The notes: generated from the letters alone by a model not told the origin. A DNA stretch of 64,000 bases from an uncultured Candidatus Saccharibacteria bacterium (GCA_964357605.1 CAYHLX010000003.1:1579-65578); one strand, 5' to 3'. Shown: positions 47,163 to 57,231, numbered from the stretch's first letter. Translations and numbers: made by a program.

Positions 47163-48017
47163 ATGAAAAAATACGCACCAACAACACCATCAAGACGACA
47201 TCTCACCACTCTTCCTTACGGAAAGTATTTGACTACTCAAGAACCCTACAAGCCTCTGACTAAGGGAATGAAAAGAGATATGGGGCGAAATGCTTTTGGT
47301 CGTATCACAGTCCGACATAAGGGAGGAGGGAATAGCAAACTCTATCGTCAGATTGATTTTTCATATGACAAGAAAAATATGTTCGCCACTATTAAGACGG
47401 TGGAATATGATCCATATCGAACTGGTTTCATTGCTCTCGTTCAATATGAAGATGGGGAAAGACGATACATCCTTATTCCAAAGACGATGAAGGTGGGAGA
47501 TCGGTTCATTGTTTCTGAAACAGCCTTGGTAGAAGTAGGAAACAGACTTCCTTTGAGCAAAATTCCTGTCGGGACCTTTGTTTTTAATATTGAAGTGAGA
47601 CCGCATGGTGGGTCAAAACTAGTTCGTTCAGCTGGATCATTTGCTCAAGTTATTGCCAACGATGCCCCATATACTCACATCAAAATGCCTTCAACCGAAG
47701 TGAGAAAAGTTCATGACAATGCTTGGGCTACTGTCGGGACTGTTTCAAACGAGGAATCTCGCCTTGTAAATATTGGTAAGGCCGGCCGTTCTAGGTGGAT
47801 GGGTATTCGTCCTACAGTCAGAGGTTCAGCTCAAAACCCTGTGGATCATCCATACGGTGGAGGAGAGCAGAGAACTGGTCGAGGTTTGCGAAGGTTGAAG
47901 ACGAGATGGGGTAAGCCAGCCGGAAAAGGTCAAAAGACTAGAACTCCAAAGAAATACTCCAACGTCTTCATTGTCTCTCGTCGAAGAGTGGGCAAGAATA
48001 AGTCGGTAGAGCAATAA
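47163..48017 (+). CDS. rplB: 50S ribosomal protein uL2
   Basis: GRITVRHKGGG, EYDPYR, NPVDHPYGGGE. Confidence 0.98.
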   Translation: MKKYAPTTPSRRHLTTLPYGKYLTTQEPYKPLTKGMKRDMGRNAFGRITVRHKGGGNSKLYRQIDFSYDKKNMFATIKTVEYDPYRTGFIALVQYEDGERRYILIPKTMKVGDRFIVSETALVEVGNRLPLSKIPVGTFVFNIEVRPHGGSKLVRSAGSFAQVIANDAPYTHIKMPSTEVRKVHDNAWATVGTVSNEESRLVNIGKAGRSRWMGIRPTVRGSAQNPVDHPYGGGEQRTGRGLRRLKTRWGKPAGKGQKTRTPKKYSNVFIVSRRRVGKNKSVEQ

Positions 48018-48159
48018 GAGCCATGTTAGGAAGATTAGCAAGAAAGGTCAAAAAGTTTATCGTTTTTTGGATCTATAAGTTGTTAGACAACATAAATCCA
48101 TAAAAAGTTGACTTTAACCAACAGTTTGCTAGTATTTGAAAGCTTTATTAAATAAAATC

Positions 48160-48507
48160 ATGTCAAGATCCCTCAAAAAAGGTCCATACGTTGAAGAGCG
48201 ACTTCTGAAAAAGATCGCCGGAAAGAAACCTGTTGATACTGGGGTTATTAAGACATGGTATCGCCGAAGCCAGATTGCTCCTGAAATGGTAGGTTTTATC
48301 TTTGGCGTCTACAATGGAAAACAACATATTGAGGTTTTAGTCACCGAGGAAATGGTTGGTCACCGCCTCGGTGAATTTTCGCCTACGAGGAAATTCATCA
48401 GACATGGAGGAAAGATGCAGAAGGAGATTGAAATGAAGGCTAAAGAAGCTGAAGTTAATGCCGCTAAGTCAGCCAAGGAAGCGGTCGCGGCTCCAGTTAA
48501 AAAATAA
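48160..48507 (+). CDS. rpsS: 30S ribosomal protein uS19
   Basis: [22 protein letters not shown]. Internal promoter TTGACT-16-TAGTAT at 48108-48135. Confidence 0.97.
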   Translation: MSRSLKKGPYVEERLLKKIAGKKPVDTGVIKTWYRRSQIAPEMVGFIFGVYNGKQHIEVLVTEEMVGHRLGEFSPTRKFIRHGGKMQKEIEMKAKEAEVNAAKSAKEAVAAPVKK

Positions 48508-48512
48508 TTTTT

Positions 48513-48893
48513 ATGATAAAAGCCTCTCTCAAAAATTTTAGACAGTCTCCACGAAAGGTTCGCTCAGTAGCAAACTTGGTTCGTGGCAAGTCAGTCGTTC
48601 AGGCTTTGGATACCCTCAATTTTTTGAGTAAGAAGGCTGCTGATCCTCTATATAGCTTATTGCAATCTGCTGTAGCTAATGCCAAGAATAACCATGGTTT
48701 GGAAAAAGAGGGGCTCATGATCAAAGAACTCCGAGTGGATGTTGGTGATGTTCTAAAACGTCGAATGCCTAGAGCTCGGGGAAGTGCTTATCCAATCAAC
48801 AAGCGTACCAGCCACGTTCTTTTGGTTTTGACTCCAACACCTGAAAAGAAGGCCAAAGGCAGTAAAAATAATAAAAAAGTAGAAAATAAATAA
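48513..48893 (+). CDS. rplV: 50S ribosomal protein uL22
   Basis: SPRKVR, SAVANA, PRARGSA, KRTSH. Confidence 0.97.
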   Translation: MIKASLKNFRQSPRKVRSVANLVRGKSVVQALDTLNFLSKKAADPLYSLLQSAVANAKNNHGLEKEGLMIKELRVDVGDVLKRRMPRARGSAYPINKRTSHVLLVLTPTPEKKAKGSKNNKKVENK

Positions 48894-48897
48894 TTAT

Positions 48898-49596
48898 ATG
48901 TCACACTCCGTACACCCATATTCACACAGATTAGGCATCATACGAGACTGGAAAAGTCGCTGGTTCGGAGTGAACAAATCATACAGAACAGCTCTCAAGG
49001 CCGACCTGCTCATTCGTCAGTTTCTAGTAAAGGAATTGAGAACATTTTATCTATCCGATGTTCAAATAGAGAGAAATCAAAAAGCTTTAAGAGTTATTAT
49101 TAGAACTTCACGTCCTGGTATGATTATCGGTAGAAGTGGTGATGGAGCCGTGAAACTTAGAGAAAAGATCTTTAGACTTTTGAAAAAGAATGATATTACT
49201 CTTGCTGGCCAGGAACTAAAAATTGATATCGAGGAAGTACGAAATCCAGAATCAAACGCGGCGATTGTTGCAATGATGGTGGCTGAAGGTCTAGAAAAAA
49301 GACTGCCTTTCCGTCGAGTTTTGAAACAAACTCTAGAAAAGGTTCTAGCTAGTAGGGAAGTGAAAGGAGCCAAGATCAAGCTCTCCGGACGTCTTGGTGG
49401 GGCAGATATGGCGCGTCAAGAAGATCTCAAAAAAGGACAGATTCCTTTACAGACTCTGAGAGCAGATATAGACTTTGCTCGTGAAAAGGCTCACATGACC
49501 TACGGAGACATCGGGATCAAGGTCTGGATTTACAAAGGTCAGATTTTTGAAAAAGATTTGAAAGCAGCGGCTAACACCGGAGTAAACCGTTCATAA
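48898..49596 (+). CDS. rpsC: 30S ribosomal protein uS3
   Basis: RPGMIIG, SGRLGG, PLQTLRADID, GIKVWI. Confidence 0.97.
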   Translation: MSHSVHPYSHRLGIIRDWKSRWFGVNKSYRTALKADLLIRQFLVKELRTFYLSDVQIERNQKALRVIIRTSRPGMIIGRSGDGAVKLREKIFRLLKKNDITLAGQELKIDIEEVRNPESNAAIVAMMVAEGLEKRLPFRRVLKQTLEKVLASREVKGAKIKLSGRLGGADMARQEDLKKGQIPLQTLRADIDFAREKAHMTYGDIGIKVWIYKGQIFEKDLKAAANTGVNRS

Positions 49597-49607
49597 TTTT
49601 TAATATC

Positions 49608-50039
49608 ATGTTATTTCCTAAAAAAGTAAAATTCAGAAAGTGGCACACCGGACGTAAGAATGCGAAAAAGCTGGCTTCGGCTGTAGAAACGAGAGGCGTG
49701 TCTCTAGCTTTCGGTTCCTATGGTTTGAAGGCTATGGTCTACGGTAGACTCACTTCCAATGAGATAGAAGCGGCTAGAAAGGTTATGGCGCGTTATGCGA
49801 CTAAGTCTGGAAAGGTTTGGGTCCGCGTTTTTCCTGATAGACCTTTTACCCAGAAGCCTCCTGAAGTTAAGCTTGGAAAAGGAAAGGGAGACCCAGTAGG
49901 ATTTGTGGCTCCAGTTAAGGCAGGACGCATTCTCTTTGAAATTGACGGAGTTGATGATAAGGTAGCAGCTGAGGCCTTGAGAAAGGCTGGAACCAAGATA
50001 TCCGTGAAGACTAAGATTGTTAATCGAAATATCCTATAA
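49608..50039 (+). CDS. rplP: 50S ribosomal protein uL16
   Basis: PKKVKFRK, IEAAR, GKGKG. Confidence 0.97.
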   Translation: MLFPKKVKFRKWHTGRKNAKKLASAVETRGVSLAFGSYGLKAMVYGRLTSNEIEAARKVMARYATKSGKVWVRVFPDRPFTQKPPEVKLGKGKGDPVGFVAPVKAGRILFEIDGVDDKVAAEALRKAGTKISVKTKIVNRNIL

Positions 50040-50049
50040 AACCACTATT

Positions 50050-50253
50050 ATGAAAGAATACAAGGATAAAACAATACAGGATCTAGGGAAACTTATCGCA
50101 GAGAAGCGAGAGGCGGTGAGGGCGTTTAGATTTGGCTCAACTGGTAGTAAGACCAAGAACGTTAAGTTGGGAAAAACTCTCAAGAAAGAAATCGCTAGAA
50201 TTATGACAGAACTTTCTTTGAGAAAGGCAGATACAATGTCAAAAGCAAAATAA
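50050..50253 (+). CDS. rpmC: 50S ribosomal protein uL29
   Basis: KKEIARIMT, operon position. Confidence 0.9.
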   Translation: MKEYKDKTIQDLGKLIAEKREAVRAFRFGSTGSKTKNVKLGKTLKKEIARIMTELSLRKADTMSKAK

Positions 50254-50256
50254 TTT

Positions 50257-50520
50257 ATGGAAAAAAATACAGAACAAAAGAATATCGCTACCCCAAAGAG
50301 ACAGGTTCTTTCTGGTATTGTCGTATCTGACAAAATGAAAGACACTGTTGTGGTGCTTGTGGAACGCTATGTAAAAAACCCAAAATATCAAAAATTTGTC
50401 ACTCTCCGTAAGCGCTACAAGGTTCATGATGCTGGTAATACCAAGAAAGTAGGGGAGAAGGTGCAGATTGAGTCTTGCCGACCAATCTCGAAGCACAAGT
50501 CATTTAAGATTTTGGCTTAA
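50257..50520 (+). CDS. rpsQ: 30S ribosomal protein uS17
   Basis: GIVVSDKMKDTVVV, CRPISKHK. Confidence 0.97.
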   Translation: MEKNTEQKNIATPKRQVLSGIVVSDKMKDTVVVLVERYVKNPKYQKFVTLRKRYKVHDAGNTKKVGEKVQIESCRPISKHKSFKILA

Positions 50521-50531
50521 TATTTAATAAT

Positions 50532-50903
50532 ATGATTCAACCACGCTCAATAGTACGAATAACTGACAACTGCGGTGCCAAGATAGGCCGAATTTTCAAA
50601 GTGCTTGGCAGCTCAAAAAAGCGTTACGCTGAACTTGGAGATCTTGTGGTACTTTCTGTCCAAAAAGCTGAACCTCGCAAAGCCATCAAAAAGAAAGATG
50701 TTCTGCAGGCTGTGGTTGTAAGACAGGTCAAGGCTTTTCGCCGAAAGGATGGTTCATACATTAGATTTGATGAAAACGCTGTCGTGATTTTGGAAAAGGG
50801 TAAGAAGGAGCCTATTGCTGGACGTATTTTTGGTCCAATCCCTCGAGAGCTTTCAGAAAAAGGTTTCCAGACCATTGCCTCTAGGGCACCAGAAATAGTA
50901 TAA
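50532..50903 (+). CDS. rplN: 50S ribosomal protein uL14
   Basis: DNCGAK, DGSYIRFDENA, RIFGP. Confidence 0.98.
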   Translation: MIQPRSIVRITDNCGAKIGRIFKVLGSSKKRYAELGDLVVLSVQKAEPRKAIKKKDVLQAVVVRQVKAFRRKDGSYIRFDENAVVILEKGKKEPIAGRIFGPIPRELSEKGFQTIASRAPEIV

Positions 50904-50909
50904 AATATC

Positions 50910-51155
50910 ATGACCATAAAAAAAGATGACAATGTAATAGTGATTGCCGGAAAAGATAAGGGAAAGACTGGTAAGGTCACAAAATCAATGCCAAAGACTA
51001 GCCAAGTTCTAGTTTCGGGTATTAATATGGCCAAGAAGCATCAGAAACCTCGTCAGAAAGGTCAGAAAGGTCAAATGATTGAAATGGCGATGCCGATTCA
51101 TGTTTCCAATGTGAGACTTGAAAGTGTAAAGAAAGAAAAGAAAGTTAAGAAATAA
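50910..51155 (+). CDS. rplX: 50S ribosomal protein uL24, short form
   Basis: VIAGKDKGK, PIHVSNV. Confidence 0.95.
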   Translation: MTIKKDDNVIVIAGKDKGKTGKVTKSMPKTSQVLVSGINMAKKHQKPRQKGQKGQMIEMAMPIHVSNVRLESVKKEKKVKK

Positions 51156-51159
51156 AAAC

Positions 51160-51729
51160 ATGAAAGCCATTACACCAAAGACAACTTACGAACTAAACAA
51201 GGATTCATTTAAAGCGCTGAAGGGGCAATTTGGCTGGAAAAATAACATGCAAGCTCCTCAATTAAAGAAAATTGCGATTTCTACAGGTATCGGTTCACTC
51301 AAAGACAAGAAAAAGATTGAACTTATTTCAGACCGACTCTCAAAGATCACTGGACAGAAGCCGGCTATTAGGGGTGCTAAAAAATCTATCGCTTCATTTA
51401 AGGTGAGAACAGGTGATCCTGTAGGATACCAGATTACTCTACGAGGAAAGAGAATGTACGATTTTGTTGATCGTTTGATTCACATCGCTCTGCCTAGAAC
51501 CAAGGACTTCCGTGGGATCTCACGCACAGCTGTAGATCAGATGGGTAACTACACATTAGGAGTTAAGGAGCACACTATCTTTGCGGAAACTTCAGATGAA
51601 GATCTAAGGGATGTCTTTGGCATGGGAATCACCATTGTGACTTCGTCAGAAAAGAAGGACCAAACCATTGCCTTTCTAGAATATTTAGGTTTTCCTTTCA
51701 AGAAGGAGGAGGTGAAGAAGAAGGTATAG
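51160..51729 (+). CDS. rplE: 50S ribosomal protein uL5
   Basis: ITGQKP, KKSIASFK, LPRTKDFRG. Confidence 0.97.
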   Translation: MKAITPKTTYELNKDSFKALKGQFGWKNNMQAPQLKKIAISTGIGSLKDKKKIELISDRLSKITGQKPAIRGAKKSIASFKVRTGDPVGYQITLRGKRMYDFVDRLIHIALPRTKDFRGISRTAVDQMGNYTLGVKEHTIFAETSDEDLRDVFGMGITIVTSSEKKDQTIAFLEYLGFPFKKEEVKKKV

Positions 51730-52024
51730 TTGACTTTGGAAATAGGTTTTGTTAGGATTTTAGCATGAAAAAGACTTTCGGCCGTGGCCTTAAAACCACA
51801 CTTAGCGGAAGGCCTTTTTCTTTTCAGGTTAGTTTTCAGGAAATACCGACATAATATTTATCATATTTTGTTGATATAGTCAACCCCTTTGACTTTTTTA
51901 CCCCAATCCTTTACTATGCTTACTACCTTACAACAGGGAACATATTGAGTGATTGGAAGCACATCGGCCCCCTTGGGGCAGGAAAAGCTAACCAATCCCC
52001 ATTTTATTTGCAAAAATTGCCCAC

Positions 52025-52210
52025 ATGGCCAAAAGATCAGTCACAGCACGATCAAAGAAGACCCCCAAGTTCAAGTCGCGAGTAGTGCGACGTTGTTTTC
52101 GTTGTAGTAGAAAGAATGGCTACATGAGAGACTTCGACCTTTGTCGTATCTGTTTCAGAGAGTTTGCCAATGAGGGCGTTATTCCCGGTATCAAGAAATC
52201 ATCATGGTAA
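52025..52210 (+). CDS. rpsN: 30S ribosomal protein uS14, zinc-binding (C+) type
   Basis: RCFRC..LCRICFRE..IPGIKKSSW. Confidence 0.96.
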   Translation: MAKRSVTARSKKTPKFKSRVVRRCFRCSRKNGYMRDFDLCRICFREFANEGVIPGIKKSSW

Positions 52211-52596
52211 CAGACCCTATTTCAAACCTCATTGTTGGAATTAAGAACGCTAGTGACGCTCGCAAAGAGATAGTTACCGTTCCTTACTCTGCTCTCAAAG
52301 AAGCCATTGCTCACGTCCTCGTCAAAGGAGGTTATCTCACAACAGTTGAAAAGAAAGGCAAGAAAACTATTAAGACTCTAGAAATGGGCATCGTCTATTT
52401 CGGCAAAGAACCAAGAATCAATGGTGTAGATAGAATTTCCAAACCATCACGACGCATTTACCAAAAATCAAAAGATATCAGAATGTTTAAGAGTGGATTT
52501 GGAAACACAATTCTCTCTACTCCAAAAGGAATACTTTTAGATGTGGACGCCAAGAAGCATCAGGTCGGAGGAGAGGTTCTCTTTAAAATCTGGTAA
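52204..52596 (+). CDS. rpsH: 30S ribosomal protein uS8
   Basis: TDPIS, SKPSRRIY, STPKG, GGEVL. Confidence 0.97.
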   Translation: MVTDPISNLIVGIKNASDARKEIVTVPYSALKEAIAHVLVKGGYLTTVEKKGKKTIKTLEMGIVYFGKEPRINGVDRISKPSRRIYQKSKDIRMFKSGFGNTILSTPKGILLDVDAKKHQVGGEVLFKIW

Positions 52597-52607
52597 AAAT
52601 TAAATAT

Positions 52608-53141
52608 ATGTCACGAATCGCCAAAAAACCAATCCCACTCCCAGCCAAAACCGAAGCAACCTATTCGGGAGGTGCTATTACTATCAAAGGGCCACTAGGT
52701 TCACTGACTAAACAGTTTCGTCCAGAGATTGAAGTGAAAATTGAAAATAATGAAATTACTTTGACTCCAACGCGCCACTCTCTAGATATTATGGCTTTGT
52801 GGGGAACATATGCTTCTCATGTTAGAAACATGTTAGCTGGAGTAAACACTCCATACGAGAAGAAGCTTATTGTTGAGGGTATTGGATTTAAGTCAGAAGT
52901 GAAAGGTAAAGAACTTTTGTTAGCTCTCGGCTTTTCTCATCCTGTAAAAGTAGTGATTCCAGATGATCTAAAGGTGACCGCAGAGAAGAATGTCATTACT
53001 GTTTCTGGGATTGATTGTGAAAAAGTCGGTCAGTTCGTGGCTCAAGTTCGTGCCCTGAAGAAACCTGAACCATACAAGGGAAAGGGTATTCGATATGCCG
53101 ATGAGGTGATCAGGAGAAAGCAGGGTAAGAAATCTGTCTAA
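52608..53141 (+). CDS. rplF: 50S ribosomal protein uL6
   Basis: MSRIAK, LGFSHP, PEPYKGKGIRY. Confidence 0.98.
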   Translation: MSRIAKKPIPLPAKTEATYSGGAITIKGPLGSLTKQFRPEIEVKIENNEITLTPTRHSLDIMALWGTYASHVRNMLAGVNTPYEKKLIVEGIGFKSEVKGKELLLALGFSHPVKVVIPDDLKVTAEKNVITVSGIDCEKVGQFVAQVRALKKPEPYKGKGIRYADEVIRRKQGKKSV

Positions 53142-53150
53142 TTTAAATAT

Positions 53151-53474
53151 ATGAATACAAGCAAGTTAAAACAAATGAAAATCGCCCGAAGGCACAAGAG
53201 AATCAGAGCTACTATCTCTGGTACGGCAGAAAAGCCACGTCTTTCAGTTTTTCGTTCTAACAAATTTATCTACGCTCAACTTATCGATGATGTGAAAGGA
53301 CACACTTTTGTTGAAGCTCATGATGTAGATGCTAAGACTGTAGGGGTAGAGATTGCCAAGAAAGCAAAAAAAATAAAGCTAGAGAAAGTCGTCTTTGACA
53401 GAGGAGGATATCTCTATACAGGCAAGATTAAGGCGGTAGCCGATGCGGCACGTGAAGGTGGTCTGAAATTTTAA
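53151..53474 (+). CDS. rplR: 50S ribosomal protein uL18
   Basis: [24 protein letters not shown]. Confidence 0.97.
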   Translation: MNTSKLKQMKIARRHKRIRATISGTAEKPRLSVFRSNKFIYAQLIDDVKGHTFVEAHDVDAKTVGVEIAKKAKKIKLEKVVFDRGGYLYTGKIKAVADAAREGGLKF

Positions 53475-53485
53475 TTACAAATATC

Positions 53486-54085
53486 ATGGAAAAAGAAGAA
53501 AAGAAAATTGAAGAAGTAAAAATCCCAGAGGCGGCTAAGCCCCAGAGTTTTCCTGCAAATAATGCTAGGAGACCAGGCAGACGTCCACAGAGGCAGGATA
53601 AGGAGCGTATCAAGCCAGAATTTGATACCAAAATCATTGCTATCAGACGTGTGACTCGTGTGGCTTCAGGAGGACGAAGATTTACTTTCTCTGTTGCTGT
53701 AGTGTCTGGTGATCGTAAGGGAAGAGTGGGTGTAGGCTTAGGAAAAGCGGGAGATACTTCTCTGGCTATTGATAAGGCGACTCGACATGCTAAGAAGAAT
53801 ATGATCAAGGTCACTCTTTCTCCGGCGATGACTATTCCTCATGCTATACAGACAAAATTCTCTAGTGCCATCGTCATGCTTATGCCGGCTAAGGGAAGAG
53901 GGGTGGTGGCCGGTAGCTCGGCTCGAAATGTGATAGAGCTGGCTGGGATCAAGGACATTTGTGTCAAACTTCTTTCTGGAAGTAAGAATAAACTAAACAT
54001 TGCTCGAGCTACGATCAAAGCTCTGTCCATGCTCTCAAAGCATTCTAGAAGTGTATTGATACCTTCTCAGAAAATAGTTAAATAA
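53486..54085 (+). CDS. rpsE: 30S ribosomal protein uS5
   Basis: RVTRVASGGRRF, GRVGVGLGKA. Confidence 0.97.
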   Translation: MEKEEKKIEEVKIPEAAKPQSFPANNARRPGRRPQRQDKERIKPEFDTKIIAIRRVTRVASGGRRFTFSVAVVSGDRKGRVGVGLGKAGDTSLAIDKATRHAKKNMIKVTLSPAMTIPHAIQTKFSSAIVMLMPAKGRGVVAGSSARNVIELAGIKDICVKLLSGSKNKLNIARATIKALSMLSKHSRSVLIPSQKIVK

Positions 54086-54092
54086 TACTGCC

Positions 54093-54536
54093 ATGCAAAT
54101 AAATAATCTTATACCAAAAACCAAGAACAAGAAGACCATGATCGTAGCTCGTGGAGGCAAGCGAGGGAAGACTGCTGGACGAGGTGGAAAGGGTCAGACC
54201 GCCAGAGCTGGTAACAAGCGTCGACCAGAGCTCAGAGACTTTATCAAAAGAATTCCCAAGCTTCGTGGCCGTGGAGTTAGTCCTCACAAGTCTATTGAAA
54301 CTAAACCTGTCGCGATAAATATTGGCGTGATTGATGCTATAGTAAAGGCCGGAGCCATTGTCACCCCTCAAACTCTTATAGAAATGAAAATCATCTCTAC
54401 CTTTGAAGGAAAGATTCCTCAGGTTAAAATACTAGGTGGAGGAGAGATCACAAAGAAGATCTCCGTAGATAATTGCCAGGTTTCAAAAGAAGCTAAGGAG
54501 AAGATCGAGAAAGTGGGTGGTTCAGTCAAGATATAA
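54093..54536 (+). CDS. rplO: 50S ribosomal protein uL15
   Basis: RGKTAGRGGKGQTAR, VKILGGG. Confidence 0.96.
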   Translation: MQINNLIPKTKNKKTMIVARGGKRGKTAGRGGKGQTARAGNKRRPELRDFIKRIPKLRGRGVSPHKSIETKPVAINIGVIDAIVKAGAIVTPQTLIEMKIISTFEGKIPQVKILGGGEITKKISVDNCQVSKEAKEKIEKVGGSVKI

Positions 54537-54551
54537 GTTTTAGTTAAAATT

Positions 54552-55823
54552 ATGAATACATTTTTTCAAAAAGTAGGTATAGTTCTCAAGGACCCTATCA
54601 TGCGAAGACGTATAGTTTTTGCTCTAGGAGCCTTAGTGGTTTTTCGCTTACTTTCAAATATTCCGATCCCTGGAGTTGATATTGCCAATCTAGAAAGACT
54701 GCTTGCTGGCAACCAGTTTCTAGGTCTCCTAGACATCTTTTCTGGAGGAGGTATTTCTTCTCTCTCTATCATGATGCTAGGAGTCGGACCATATATCACT
54801 GCTTCCATCATCATTCAGTTATTGACAATGATGTTCCCAAAAATCAAAGCGATGATGCAAGAAGAGGGTGAAGCGGGTAGACAAAAATTGTCTCAATACT
54901 CAAGATTGCTCTCTATTCCTTTGGCCGCACTTCAAGCTTTTGGATTCTTGGCCCTTCTAGCAAGTCAGAATGTCCTTCCTCAACTAGGAGGGATGGATTT
55001 AATTACAAACATTGTAGTTATTACGGCAGGCTCAGTACTCTTGATGTGGATCGGTGAACTGATCTCTGAGTTTGGTATTGGAAACGGAGTCTCCCTCATT
55101 ATCTTTGCTGGTATCGTGGCCGTCCTTCCTACCAGAATCTTCCAGTTCCTGGCCGGCTTCGATGCTTCACAGATTCCTTTATATCTTATCTTCCTTTTAG
55201 TAGCTATTGTAGTAGTGATTGCAGTGGTGGTGGTTACCGAAGCCTAAAGACCGATCTCGGTGACTTATGCCAAGCAGGTGAGGGGGAACAAAGTGTATGG
55301 AGGAGTTTCTACTTATCTCCCACTACGCCTTAACCAAGCTGGAGTTATTCCAATCATCTTTGCTCTTTCTATCCTACTTTTCCCTCAGATTATCGCTAAT
55401 TTCTTAGCTAATGTTTCCAATCCTATGATTGCCGATGTTTCTGCGTCTATTGCCGCCTTTCTCAATAATCAGTGGTTCTACGGACTGGCCTATTTCTTCC
55501 TGGTCTTTATCTTCACTTATTTTTATACTGCCGTTACCTTTGATCCAAAGATGATTTCTGAAAATCTCCAGAAGAGCGGCGCGTTTATTCCGGGGGTTCG
55601 TCCTGGAGAATCTACCATGACATATCTAGGTAAAGTCGTGACTAGAATTACCTTGGTTGGCGCTATTTTCCTGGGTTTGGTTGCTATTCTCCCTCTTGTG
55701 ATGCAAGGTTTTACTGGAAACCAGACTTTGGCGATCGGTGGTACCGCCCTTCTCATCGTCGTTTCTGTAGTTCTTGATCTTTTGAAGAAAGTTGATGCGC
55801 AAGTTTCCATGAGAGAGTATTAA
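54552..55823 (+). CDS. secY: Preprotein translocase SecY, interrupted by an in-frame TAA at 55245-55247
   Basis: GVGPYITASII and GIGNGVSLIIF upstream; AGVIPIIFA, IPGVRPG and GGTALLIVV downstream in the same frame. Confidence 0.93.
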
Positions 55824-55867
55824 AATAGCCATTAGAAATTGGTAGATGAATGCGCTATACTGGAGCT

Positions 55868-56464
55868 ATGAAAGCTCAATCTTTTATATTCATCGGCCGT
55901 TCGGGTTGTGGGAAGGGGACTCAAGCCAAGCTTCTGGTTGATTATTTAAAGACCTTAGATTCATCTCTGAAAACCCTTTATATCCAGACTGGACAAGAGT
56001 TTAGGGATTTTATTAAAGGGGATTCACATACTCAAAAGTTATCAAACCAATTATATTTAGCTGACAAACTTCAACCAGAGTTTTTGTCGGTCTACATGTG
56101 GATCAGAATTTTGATCGGTAACTATGATGGTAAAGGACACCTCATTTTTGACGGCACTCCACGTAGAAAACATGAGGCAGGTGTACTAGGCTCTATTATT
56201 AATTTTTATAATCTCCCTAAACCTTTTGTGATTCTGCTTGATGTGAGTGAGAATTGGTCTCGAGAGAAACTCTTAGCTCGTCATCGGATGGACGATAAAG
56301 AGGAAGATATAGAAAAAAGATTGGCTTGGTTCATGACTGACGTAGTTCCTGCTATTGAATTTTATAAAAACAGTGATGATTACCACTTTATTCAGCTAAA
56401 TGGTGAACAGTCTATTGAGAGTGTCTACCGAGATCTAATTGAGAGGATAAAGTCTTTAATATGA
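55868..56464 (+). CDS. adk: Adenylate kinase / NMP kinase, short LID-less type
   Basis: GRSGCGKGTQ, DGTPR, RMDD, position after secY. Confidence 0.88.
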   Translation: MKAQSFIFIGRSGCGKGTQAKLLVDYLKTLDSSLKTLYIQTGQEFRDFIKGDSHTQKLSNQLYLADKLQPEFLSVYMWIRILIGNYDGKGHLIFDGTPRRKHEAGVLGSIINFYNLPKPFVILLDVSENWSREKLLARHRMDDKEEDIEKRLAWFMTDVVPAIEFYKNSDDYHFIQLNGEQSIESVYRDLIERIKSLI

Positions 56465-57231
56465 TTCAGTTAAAAGAAAAAGAAGACATAAAGATTCTCC
56501 GTGAAGGAGGTAAAATTCATGCCAAGATCATGGTAGATCTGGCGTCCATGATTCGTCCAGGACTGGTGACTAGTGAAATAAATGAGATGGCAGAACGACT
56601 TATAAAATTTGCTGGAGATAAATCAGCGATCCTCGATTTTCATCCTTACGGAGCACCCCGCCCTTTTCCTGCTAGTATCTGTATTTCAGTCAACGACGAA
56701 GTTGTGCACGGTATACCGAATGAAAATCCTCTAACTCTCAAAGAAGGTGATATTGTCGGTCTGGATTTCGCTCTCTCACACAAGGGTATGATCACTGATA
56801 TGGCCGTAACTGTTCCTGTGGGAGAAATAAGTCCTGAAGTGGATAATCTCCTCAAAATAACCAAAGCGGCTCTTCTGGCGGGAATTAAGGCTGCTAAGGT
56901 AGGCAAAAAAGTTGGTGATATCAGCTCGGCCATAGAATTGGTTGGTTTAGCTCACAAATATGGGGTGGTAGAAGAACTAGCTGGTCACGGGGTAGGTTTT
57001 CATGTTCATGAAGAACCTTATGTGCCAAATTATGGAGAGCCGGGAAAGGGAGCGATTTTAAAAACGGGGATGGTGTTGGCGATAGAGCCCATGTTTAATC
57101 TGGGTTCTCGATACGTGACTCTCGATAAAGATGGCTATACTTATAGGACTAAAGACGGAAAACCAAGTGCTCATTTTGAACACACTATCCTGATTACGAA
57201 AGGTGAGGCAGAGATTTTAACTCTGATATAA
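56461..57231 (+). CDS. map: Methionine aminopeptidase type I
   Basis: SVNDEVVHGIP, GHGVG..HEEP, AIEPM, SAHFEHT. Confidence 0.97.
   Translation: MIQLKEKEDIKILREGGKIHAKIMVDLASMIRPGLVTSEINEMAERLIKFAGDKSAILDFHPYGAPRPFPASICISVNDEVVHGIPNENPLTLKEGDIVGLDFALSHKGMITDMAVTVPVGEISPEVDNLLKITKAALLAGIKAAKVGKKVGDISSAIELVGLAHKYGVVEELAGHGVGFHVHEEPYVPNYGEPGKGAILKTGMVLAIEPMFNLGSRYVTLDKDGYTYRTKDGKPSAHFEHTILITKGEAEILTLI

Noticed and set aside
55245-55247. Alternative genetic code
   Set aside because: TAA, TAG and TGA all end conserved genes at the expected positions in this window. This is a single isolated case.
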